This document shows positions 1 through 8,033 of a DNA stretch of 29,700 nucleotides, in pieces. The translations under genes and the position numbers were made by a program. Under the pieces are notes generated by a model, which saw nothing but the letters and a program-made list of their open reading frames with translations, was not told the origin of the DNA and ran no database searches. Each line of letters opens with the position of its first letter. Within the stretch, counting starts at the first letter, position 1. The stretch comes from a virus (Duplodnaviria; Caudoviricetes): IMG/VR virus record IMGVR_UViG_3300005805_000328, positions 1 through 29,700 of that record, one strand, 5' to 3'.

Positions 1-2
1 GC

Positions 3-1856
3 ATAGTGGGAGTAACCAACAATGCCAGAGCCACTGCAGATCTCACTGTGAATTTCAACATAATTGAACCTTATGGTATTAATTTCATACAGGAATTATG
101 GGAATACAACAGTTTGGTTTTAAATTGTGCTAACTGGTCTGAAACTTCCTATCTGTTAAAGATAACCTTCAAAGGTTATACAGATCGAGGGGAACTTCAA
201 CAGTCTGAAATAGTCAAATATTTGCCCATCAAAATTATCAACATCGAAGTCAAACTTACAGAATCAGGCAGTGTGTATGCAGTCAGTGGCTATGTATTCA
301 ATAGCCAAGCCACTGATAAAGTCTACGGAGTTTTAAATCAAAAAACTCAATGTGAAGGAAAAACAGTATCAGACATAATATTGGGCGCAGATGGAAAAAC
401 AGATTCATTAGATAATTTGGGAAATTCAGACGTATTAGTTGGAGCAACCAATGTTCAATTACAGCAGCTAACAATAATTGATGGTTCTGGCAATTTAAAG
501 AAATCACTGAATAATTTTGTGGTATCTGAAGCTGCACGAAATAAGTCTCCTGATACACTATCAGCAGCTACTCAGTATGATTTCAAGTTTGTTGGTGAAT
601 TGGGTCAACAAATTGCAAATTCTGAAATTAGCGATCAAATAGATCCTAAAGATACTCCCATGGAGTTGCCAGAGGATTCTATTGAGGCTAACATGCTAAG
701 AAATTTAAAAAGTTATCAGTTTTTGGGTCAGAGGAATAGTTCAACTATCAAAATCAACATAGAAAAACAAAAAGTCAATTTTAACGCAGGTCTAATAACA
801 GAAATTTTGTCACAGATCATCATCAACAGCACATATATAACAGATCAAATCAAGAATTTTAGGAAAAACTATTTGGATGCTATAGCAGATAAAAATCCCT
901 CATCCAGGGCATCCAAGCTGGAAGCTCTAAAAGCTCCATTCAATTGGTTTCGTATTGTGCCTAAAGTTTATGACACCGGGATCTATGATGCAGTATCAAA
1001 TCGATATCAAAAAAGAATAGTTTATCAAATATTAGGGTATACAATTAGTAACACAGTCAGTGTGGGTGGATCATTGGTGCCATCAGAAAAGCAATCTGCG
1101 ATTGAGAGTCGCGTGCTCAAGGAATACAATTACTTTTTTACTGGAAAAAATTCTGAAATTATCAGTTTGGATATCAATCTAAACACCAATTATTGGAATT
1201 ATCGACCCAGAAACCCCAGAATTATTGAGCAGGCTACTGGAGCTAAACCAGGTGATAAGCCCAATGGTAACCAGAGACTCAATGGTTATGGGTATGCACT
1301 AAATCCCACTGATTTAAAAGCAGTCAGAGATCCAATAAATTCTACAATCACTTATGTAGCTGCAAGTCCAGAAAGAGCAGTATATGGCATGGGTTTGGCA
1401 ACACCAGACAGAGTTTTAGCAGGCCAGGTTGCTAGTTCAATATATAACAATGTTACTCAATTGGTTGTAGAAATGGAAATCATGGGTGATCCTGACTTAT
1501 TCAAACAAGATGGTGTCTACAAAGTTCTAACTCAGCCTGATGATCAGGTTCCTATTATTTTTGATAACCAAGAACAGTATGTGAGAATAACTTTTACTAA
1601 TCCACGAGATATTAATGATTCAACAGGTACTTTGGAATCTGGTAATCAAAAAGAATCAGTTTTTAGTGGGTTGTATGTGATAATTCAAATCAATAACATG
1701 TTTAAACAGGGTAAATTTACGCAACAGATGACTCTGAGAAGAGCATCGAATAATGTTGATGATCAACCTGAACTTATTGCAAAAGTACAAGATGAAGCTG
1801 GCAGAAGTGGTGAAATTATCAATGCTTCTGCACTGCCCTCTGTTTATAATTCCTAG
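3..1856 (+). CDS. Baseplate hub protein, gp27/GpD/VgrG-N-like (5'-truncated)
   Basis: Frame is open from position 3 (ATA GTG GGA...), so the GTG at 6 is probably not the real start. C-terminal motifs 'EMEIMGDP' and 'FSGLYVIIQINNMFKQGKFTQQMTLRR' resemble the C-terminal barrel of gp27/GpD-type hubs. It lies directly upstream of the gp5-like spike. Ends in TAG. Confidence 0.65.
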   Translation: MVGVTNNARATADLTVNFNIIEPYGINFIQELWEYNSLVLNCANWSETSYLLKITFKGYTDRGELQQSEIVKYLPIKIINIEVKLTESGSVYAVSGYVFNSQATDKVYGVLNQKTQCEGKTVSDIILGADGKTDSLDNLGNSDVLVGATNVQLQQLTIIDGSGNLKKSLNNFVVSEAARNKSPDTLSAATQYDFKFVGELGQQIANSEISDQIDPKDTPMELPEDSIEANMLRNLKSYQFLGQRNSSTIKINIEKQKVNFNAGLITEILSQIIINSTYITDQIKNFRKNYLDAIADKNPSSRASKLEALKAPFNWFRIVPKVYDTGIYDAVSNRYQKRIVYQILGYTISNTVSVGGSLVPSEKQSAIESRVLKEYNYFFTGKNSEIISLDINLNTNYWNYRPRNPRIIEQATGAKPGDKPNGNQRLNGYGYALNPTDLKAVRDPINSTITYVAASPERAVYGMGLATPDRVLAGQVASSIYNNVTQLVVEMEIMGDPDLFKQDGVYKVLTQPDDQVPIIFDNQEQYVRITFTNPRDINDSTGTLESGNQKESVFSGLYVIIQINNMFKQGKFTQQMTLRRASNNVDDQPELIAKVQDEAGRSGEIINASALPSVYNS

Positions 1857-1879
1857 ATTTTGAAACACCAGAGATTACC

Positions 1880-3454
1880 ATGGCTAAAAAAGACATCAGA
1901 CTAAGAGCAGGAAAATTACCTGAATGGACGCAGAATCATACTGGGTTACTGCGAAATCCCGGACCCTACATAGGTATTGTAAGATGGAACAGCGACCCTA
2001 CTCGCAATGGACGACTTCAGGTTTATATTCCTGCATTGGGAGTCAGTAACCCTGACGATAAGTCAGCTTGGTACACTGTGAGTTATGCTAGTCCTTTCAG
2101 AGGAAAAACCCAGGGAAGTGTTGGGTACTTGAATGAATACATACAAAAACAAGTGGAAACAACAGGAGGTCCTGATGAAGAAAACAGTTTTCAAAGTTAT
2201 GGTATGTGGTTTGTACCACCAGATCTAGGAGTCAGAGTTCTGTGTTTTTTCCTGGATGGTGATCCAGCTCAGGGATACTGGTTTGCTTGTATAAATGACA
2301 GTTTTGATAGCCATATGACTCCGGGCATTGGCAGTGCCACATTGGTCTCTAGGGAAGATGGCTCTGCATCCACAACTGCTTATGAGTGGGATTTAAAACT
2401 GCAAACACATCAGAAACTCAGAGATTACATTGAATTGGCTTCCAAAGAAATCCCCAGCAGACTGCCAGTGAGTGAACCAGTTTATTCAGAACAGGTGGAT
2501 CAGGACGGTAAATTTAAATCAAACATTGATGCAGTTAAAAAGTTACCGCATGTGTACCAAAGCATGGTGCTGGGCAAGCAGGGGTTGGCTTTTGATTTTG
2601 TAAGAGGCACTGTGAGCAGCAGTAGTCTGCGTGAAAGCCCCAGTCAGGTGTTTGGTATTAGCACACCAGGTCGTCTGTGGAACATGAGTGATGAAAAAAA
2701 GAGTCAGGAGTTTTTAGCTGGGAGTAACAGTAAAGATTTGTTGAAAAATTTTCGTGCTGGCGGTCATCAATTTGTCATGGATGACGGTACCACAGAGGGG
2801 TTGGACCAATTTATCCGTATCAGAACCAGCAAAGGTAATATGATTCTGTTGGACGATACCAACGAACAAATATACATTGTCAATGCTGGGGGCACGGCCT
2901 GGATTGAAATGACACCTAGCGGACGCATTGATATCTATACTGACAATGATTTCAGTGTCAGAAGCAAGGGTGACATCAATTTTCATACCGAAAAAGATTT
3001 CAATCTACATGTCAGAGGCAAGATACAGGTGAGAAGTGAACAAACCACCACCCTGGAAAGTGTGGGTGATCTGGTGATCAGATCTGAATCAGCCAGTACA
3101 CTATACAGCAAAGGCAAACAGGAATTGGGAACAGGGTCAGAACAAAATCTGTACAGCTCATCAGGTACCAGCGTCAGGACAGGTGGAGATCTAATACTCA
3201 AAGGCAGCATGATTTACCTGAATACCAAACCCGGAAATGTGGTATCTGAACCTCCAGCCATCAAACAGAAAAAACACCCCAAAACACAACCTGAGCCGGG
3301 TAAAAAGACCTGGTGGATGCGTGATGAGTTTGAAAGCATTGTGGCTCGTGCTCCTGAACATGAGCCCTGGAAAAATCATGAAAAATTCACAGTAAAATCC
3401 GTTACTCCTCCACCCAGTGGTGAGAGCCGGAAAATTACAAGGACCAATAAATGA
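1880..3454 (+). CDS. gp5: Baseplate central spike, gp5/gpV/VgrG-like (N-terminal OB-fold plus beta-helix)
   Basis: OB-fold motifs 'GPYIGIV..NSDPTRNGRLQVYIP' and 'YGMWFVPPDLGVRVLCFFLDGDP'; spike beta-strand repeats 'GGHQFVMDD..IRIRTSKGNMILLDD..WIEMTPSGRIDIY..FSVRSKGDINFH..FNLHVRGKIQV'; 524 aa. Confidence 0.85.
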   Translation: MAKKDIRLRAGKLPEWTQNHTGLLRNPGPYIGIVRWNSDPTRNGRLQVYIPALGVSNPDDKSAWYTVSYASPFRGKTQGSVGYLNEYIQKQVETTGGPDEENSFQSYGMWFVPPDLGVRVLCFFLDGDPAQGYWFACINDSFDSHMTPGIGSATLVSREDGSASTTAYEWDLKLQTHQKLRDYIELASKEIPSRLPVSEPVYSEQVDQDGKFKSNIDAVKKLPHVYQSMVLGKQGLAFDFVRGTVSSSSLRESPSQVFGISTPGRLWNMSDEKKSQEFLAGSNSKDLLKNFRAGGHQFVMDDGTTEGLDQFIRIRTSKGNMILLDDTNEQIYIVNAGGTAWIEMTPSGRIDIYTDNDFSVRSKGDINFHTEKDFNLHVRGKIQVRSEQTTTLESVGDLVIRSESASTLYSKGKQELGTGSEQNLYSSSGTSVRTGGDLILKGSMIYLNTKPGNVVSEPPAIKQKKHPKTQPEPGKKTWWMRDEFESIVARAPEHEPWKNHEKFTVKSVTPPPSGESRKITRTNK

Positions 3455-4089
3455 ACCAGTTTGTTGTAAACATACCCAAACCTGCGGCTAATCTGCTGAT
3501 TACTGAAACAGACGTATTACTTCAGCCCTATCCAGTGTCTTTGATTTCTGAATTCAGTGTTGGTCAAACTCGAGCAATATTAGCCCAAGCCAGTAAAATA
3601 TTTTCACCTTTTAATCAGTATCACAGTCAGGACAGTGCAGGCAGAGTGGGAAAATATCAGTTTAGTTCTGAGGTATTGGAAACACTGGGTTATCTCAAAA
3701 AAGGTGCTACTGAATCAGTGAAAGATCAGCCTGGTGCTAACGCATTAGCTATTAACACTGGTAGTAACTGGACCGGACTAAACCAGATTAACAGTATAAC
3801 AGATTGGTTCAACAGTCCTGGGGTTCAAGAAAGAGCAGTGGTGGATCTGTATCAGCTCAATCTCAGATATTTGAATTCAATAAGCTCAGTGGTTTCCAGT
3901 TTGGAGTCCAACAAGCTGGCTGGTTTGCTTTTGGTTGCGCATGTATCTGGTGGTTCAGAAGCATTGAGATTACTAAACTATAACCTGGGAAAAATTGCAG
4001 TTCTGGATGATTTTTTGGATCGAATGAATCAGTATTTTTATGCTGGTTCCAGTGCTTATGACTTTGGAACACAAGTGGAAAAAGCCTAA
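3451..4089 (+). CDS. Lysozyme/transglycosylase-fold virion protein (putative baseplate-associated peptidoglycan hydrolase, possibly degenerate)
   Basis: 'AGRVGKYQF' resembles the G-x-x-Q motif of lysozyme-like folds, followed by 'FNSPGVQERAV' and 'AGLLLVAHVSG' helices. ATGA overlap with the spike gene suggests translational coupling. Sits between gp5 and gp25. Confidence 0.55.
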   Translation: MNQFVVNIPKPAANLLITETDVLLQPYPVSLISEFSVGQTRAILAQASKIFSPFNQYHSQDSAGRVGKYQFSSEVLETLGYLKKGATESVKDQPGANALAINTGSNWTGLNQINSITDWFNSPGVQERAVVDLYQLNLRYLNSISSVVSSLESNKLAGLLLVAHVSGGSEALRLLNYNLGKIAVLDDFLDRMNQYFYAGSSAYDFGTQVEKA

Positions 4090-4092
4090 ATA
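4085..4092 (+). promoter_or_regulatory. T4-late-promoter-like box (CCTAAATA) overlapping the upstream stop codon
   Basis: TAAATA core of the gp55-type consensus TATAAATA, 17 nt before the gp25 ATG, followed by SD-like AAGGA (4097-4101). Confidence 0.55.
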
Positions 4093-4109
4093 CCAGAAGG
4101 ATATAACAC

Positions 4110-4496
4110 ATGGCATTGTATCGTGGTTTTAGTACCGTTAATGAACTCAGTCAGAAAAAGTTTGTGCTCACTGATTATGAGTTAGTAAAACAGGATCTAC
4201 TTAACAGTTTGAATACTCGCAAAGGCACCAGAGTAATGCAGCCCCGTGAAGGGTGTATTGTATGGGAATTAATGTATGAACCATTGACTGAAGAAATCAA
4301 ACAAGCCATGATACAAAATCTGGTGGATATTGTGGGCCAAGATCCCAGACTGGAACTGGTGGATATCACTCTGATAGATCAGCCTGATACCAACAGCATC
4401 ACGGTGGAATTAGCAGTCAACACTGTGGCTGGTGACCAGACTCAGGTAATGCGTATTCTGTTTGATGAACGTGGAACTGCTTCCGAACTGGCTTGA
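4110..4496 (+). CDS. gp25: Baseplate wedge/sheath-initiator protein gp25 (GPW/gp25 family)
   Basis: 128 aa; 'LVKQDLLNSLNTRKGTRVMQPREGCIVWELMYEPL...DPRL' matches the gp25 pattern (T-x-x-G-E-R-x-x-x-P-x-x-G ... E/DPR); SD AAGGA; precedes gp6. Confidence 0.9.
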   Translation: MALYRGFSTVNELSQKKFVLTDYELVKQDLLNSLNTRKGTRVMQPREGCIVWELMYEPLTEEIKQAMIQNLVDIVGQDPRLELVDITLIDQPDTNSITVELAVNTVAGDQTQVMRILFDERGTASELA

Positions 4497-4530
4497 TACT
4501 GAGCTTTAAACTACTCAGATTATCAGTAAC

Positions 4531-4538
4531 CATAAATA
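4531..4538 (+). promoter_or_regulatory. T4-late-promoter-like box (CATAAATA)
   Basis: 7/8 match to TATAAATA in the gp25-gp6 intergenic gap, 17 nt before ATG 4556 (same spacing as at gp25), followed by SD-like AGGAAG (4546-4551). Confidence 0.65.
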
Positions 4539-4555
4539 ACAGAACAGGAAGCAAT

Positions 4556-7500
4556 ATGAGTCAGCAGCAACGCAAACAAAATCTGTTTGGTATTCAGGAT
4601 TGGCAAAACATATACCAGACTTTCAGAGATGCAGATTTCAAGAGCTATGATTACGAAACTCTCAGAAAGAGCATGATTGATTATCTCAGAATTTATCATC
4701 CTGAGAATTTCAATGACTATATCAACAGCAGCGAATATGTTGCGCTGATTGACCTGATTGCATTTATGGGCCAGAGCATGAGCTTCAGAATGGATCTAAA
4801 TGCTCGCGAAAACTTCCTGGAAACTGCTCGCCGCCGCGACAATGTGCTCAGATTGGCCAAACTGGTTAATTATGAAGCCAAAAGAAATTTATCCAGTCAG
4901 GGCTATCTGAAAATCGAAGCCATCAGAACCAATGAAGTGGTTCGGGACACACAGGGCAACGATCTCAGTAACCTGGCTATACGCTGGAACGACGTCAATA
5001 ATGTGAATTGGAGAGACCAATGGAATACCATTGTTAACGCTGCACTAACCACCAGCCAGCGAGTGGGACGCCCTGGCAACACTGCCAGCATTGATGGTAT
5101 AACCACCAGTGAATACACCATTGATGTTCCGGCTGATGCAGGTATTCCTTTTATATTCACCAGTGTAGTTGACAATATTTCCATGAATTTTGAAGCTGTA
5201 AACACCACAGTGAGTGGTGGAACTTCAGTTACAGAATATGGTGGCAACGTCAACACCCTGTTCAATCTGCTTTATCGTGATGATCAGCGTGGTTTTGCCA
5301 GCAACAACACTGGGTACTTCCTGTATTTCAAACAGGGAACCTTGTTGAGTGAGACTTTCACTATTCTGGAAAGCATCCCCAATCGTCAGTACACCCTACA
5401 AACCACAGGTATCAATAACAATGATGTCTGGTTATACAAACAGAACGCCGACGGTACACTAACTGAATGGAGCCGGGTGGACAGTGTAAACGGTTATAAC
5501 ACCAGTTACAATAATTACGAATCAGCCAACAAGAAAATTTTCACCGTGACCAGCCTGGCAGATGACGGTGCTACACTAGTGTTTGGTGACGGTGTGTTTA
5601 GCGAAATTCCCGTGGGTGATTTTGTTTGCTTCTATCGGATCAGCAATGGTCTTAACTATCGGATCAATCCAGGTGAGATGACCAACATCACCATAAACAT
5701 TCCTTATATCAGCAAAAACGGCCGCACCCAGACACTGACGGTCACAGCCAACCTGAAATACACTGTGGCCAACAGTGCTGCCAGAGAAAACATCAATGAC
5801 ATCAAGATTCGAGCTCCGCAAAACTATTACACTCAGAATCGCATGGTGAACGGTCAGGATTACAACAGTTTTCCTTTTACCAAATACAGCAACATCCTGA
5901 AAATCAAATCAGTGAACCGTACCAGCAGCGGCGTAAGTCGCTATCTGGATGTGATTGACAACACTGGTCGCTACAGCAGCACCAACATTGTGTGTGATGA
6001 TGGTTACATATACAAAGACAGTGCCACACTGACCAGTCAGTTTGCATTTGCCAATCGTGATGACATTGTGGAAAGCATCAACACCATAGTGCTTCCAGCA
6101 GTGCAAAGTTTCAGTTTGCTGAACTTTTTCTACGGTCCTGATTCTTCTGGTTCCAGTAAGAATTATGCTCTGGTGAATGTGGGCAATCTGTTGGGAAGTC
6201 CCAAATACATTGAATGGAATCTGGTGTTGGCTGACAACGATATCAGCAGCGGATATATCAATCAGGTTGATCCCAGCACCCCCACTCCCACTGTGACATT
6301 GTCCACAACCACAGCCAGTTACTTTGCTAACAAATTTCGAGTGGGAGCAGTATTGAAATTTGAGCCACCCAGTGGAAAAGTTTTTGACTATGATAATCGC
6401 TTGGTAACCACCAGTAGCGGAACCGCTGGGCTAAATCAGAAAACAGAAATCTACGCCACTGTGAAAAGCATAAGCCAGTTTGGGCGTGGAACCAGATCTG
6501 GGACCAGCACTGGCAGCGGTGTGGATACTGATGGAGTAGGTGCAATTGTGCTCAGTGAAAAAGTGCCCACTGGCGCCAGACTTACCTATATTTTGCCTAC
6601 CTTTACACCCAATTTGCCCAGCAACATTCAGACCAGTCTGGTAAATGCGCTGGTAGCTCAGCAAAATGTGGGCCTGGGATATCGAGCAGGCAGCACACTC
6701 ACTGACAGTGTGGGTGAATGGTTTTTAATAGACAATCCCAGCACTGGTTCTGCTTTTACTGAACCACTGACTGTTGAGGCCACCAACACTGCTGGTTGGT
6801 TGTTGGCATTTACCAACACCAGTAACACCTACACAGTGTATCAGAGAAGTATCAAATACTATTACGGTAGTGAAAGACAAACCAGATTTTTCTATGATCC
6901 CCAGGTAAAAATCTATGACCCAGCCAGTGGCAAGTTGCTCAAGGATCGCATTGATGTCCTGAAAGTAAATCACAAGCCCATCAGCAACGTGGTTCAGTCG
7001 TTCAGCAACGATATCACCATGGGCATTGCTGGCACAGTGATTGAAGGTGACGGTTTTGTGGATGACTCAAAAATTCAGGTGACCTTTGCAGACAAAGACA
7101 GTGACGGATCGCCAGATCAACCTTATTTTTATGATGACATTGTGGGCAGTATCAGTGGCGCAGGCGCTGAAAACAGCTATGTGTTTTTCATCAACGACCA
7201 AGACGTCAGTGGCAGCAGCATGAAAGTGCTGGCCAAAGGCACAGTAAAAGTGGCAGTGAATGACGCAGCCATTGACAGTAACATCTATGAATATGCAAAC
7301 AATGACATAGTGTTTTCTCGCAGCACTGAATCTTTTTATCGAATCACTCGCAATGTAGACAGTGTGAGTAAAAGTGCAGTAACCAACTACAGTTTTAAAT
7401 ATGGCCGCTACGGACTGAAATTTCAGTACCGACACAATGCTCCCAGTGACCGCAGAATTGATCCCAGTCCCAGCAACATTATCGATGTGTTTGTGCTGGA

Positions 7501-8032
7501 AAAGAATTATGCCGATGATTACACCAAATGGATCAGAGACAATACTGGCACAGTAACACAACCCACTGAACCCACCACTGAAAGTTTGCGCAACGATTTC
7601 TCAGATCTGGAACAGTATCGCATGATCAGTGATCTGATGATTTTCAATCCAGTGAGATTCAAACCCCTGTTTGGTACCAAAGCAGATCCCAATCTCAGAG
7701 CCAAATTTGTGGTGGTTAAGAATACCAATGTTGTGGTAAGTGACAGCGAAGTAAAAAGTCAGGTAATCAGCAAAGTCAATGAATACTTCAGTCTGGACAA
7801 CTGGGACTTTGGTGAGACTTTTTACTTTAGTGAATTGGCTGCATACCTTCACAATCAGTTAAGTACAATTATCAGCAGCGTACACCTGGTGCCCACCAGC
7901 ACCGATCAGATATATGGTGATCTTCAGCAAATTCGGTGTTTGCCTTTTGAAATTTTAATCAGTGCAGCCACCGTAATGGATGTTGATGTAGTAACCAATT
8001 TGACCACAGTTAAACTCAGAGCAGGAAATTAA
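4556..8032 (+). CDS. gp6: Baseplate wedge protein gp6-like (1158 aa, enlarged)
   Basis: gp6 motifs 'DYETLRKSMIDYLR..FNDY..SS..LIDLIAF..ENFLETARRRDNVLRLAKLVNY', 'LVFGDGVF', 'ENINDIKIRAP..YYTQNRMVNGQDY' and C-terminal 'FGETFYFSEL'. Start moved from the track's TTG 4493 to ATG 4556 because of the SD and promoter box. Confidence 0.9.
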   Translation: MSQQQRKQNLFGIQDWQNIYQTFRDADFKSYDYETLRKSMIDYLRIYHPENFNDYINSSEYVALIDLIAFMGQSMSFRMDLNARENFLETARRRDNVLRLAKLVNYEAKRNLSSQGYLKIEAIRTNEVVRDTQGNDLSNLAIRWNDVNNVNWRDQWNTIVNAALTTSQRVGRPGNTASIDGITTSEYTIDVPADAGIPFIFTSVVDNISMNFEAVNTTVSGGTSVTEYGGNVNTLFNLLYRDDQRGFASNNTGYFLYFKQGTLLSETFTILESIPNRQYTLQTTGINNNDVWLYKQNADGTLTEWSRVDSVNGYNTSYNNYESANKKIFTVTSLADDGATLVFGDGVFSEIPVGDFVCFYRISNGLNYRINPGEMTNITINIPYISKNGRTQTLTVTANLKYTVANSAARENINDIKIRAPQNYYTQNRMVNGQDYNSFPFTKYSNILKIKSVNRTSSGVSRYLDVIDNTGRYSSTNIVCDDGYIYKDSATLTSQFAFANRDDIVESINTIVLPAVQSFSLLNFFYGPDSSGSSKNYALVNVGNLLGSPKYIEWNLVLADNDISSGYINQVDPSTPTPTVTLSTTTASYFANKFRVGAVLKFEPPSGKVFDYDNRLVTTSSGTAGLNQKTEIYATVKSISQFGRGTRSGTSTGSGVDTDGVGAIVLSEKVPTGARLTYILPTFTPNLPSNIQTSLVNALVAQQNVGLGYRAGSTLTDSVGEWFLIDNPSTGSAFTEPLTVEATNTAGWLLAFTNTSNTYTVYQRSIKYYYGSERQTRFFYDPQVKIYDPASGKLLKDRIDVLKVNHKPISNVVQSFSNDITMGIAGTVIEGDGFVDDSKIQVTFADKDSDGSPDQPYFYDDIVGSISGAGAENSYVFFINDQDVSGSSMKVLAKGTVKVAVNDAAIDSNIYEYANNDIVFSRSTESFYRITRNVDSVSKSAVTNYSFKYGRYGLKFQYRHNAPSDRRIDPSPSNIIDVFVLEKNYADDYTKWIRDNTGTVTQPTEPTTESLRNDFSDLEQYRMISDLMIFNPVRFKPLFGTKADPNLRAKFVVVKNTNVVVSDSEVKSQVISKVNEYFSLDNWDFGETFYFSELAAYLHNQLSTIISSVHLVPTSTDQIYGDLQQIRCLPFEILISAATVMDVDVVTNLTTVKLRAGN

Positions 8033-8033
8033 A

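Noticed and set aside
3440-3460. Programmed -1 frameshift fusing the spike to the lysozyme-like ORF
   Set aside because: The -1 frame has TAA at 3448-3450 immediately before the ATG and there is no X-XXY-YYZ slippery site; ATGA coupling is sufficient.
4110-4496. gp25 GER-to-GTR substitution as loss of lysozyme activity
   Set aside because: gp25 is a structural sheath initiator, so a single motif change is not informative.
4497-4528. Short inverted repeats (CTGAG/CTCAG; TACTGA/TCAGTA) in the gp25-gp6 gap
   Set aside because: Stems of only 5-6 bp with no U-tract; too weak to call a terminator or operator.
4493-4555. TTG start for gp6 at 4493
   Set aside because: The extension spans a promoter-like box and an SD that point to ATG 4556.
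1-8032. Bacterial T6SS or extracellular contractile injection system instead of phage
   Set aside because: T4-type gp6, late-promoter-like boxes, tail fibre genes and the absence of Tss/Afp accessory genes favour a phage.
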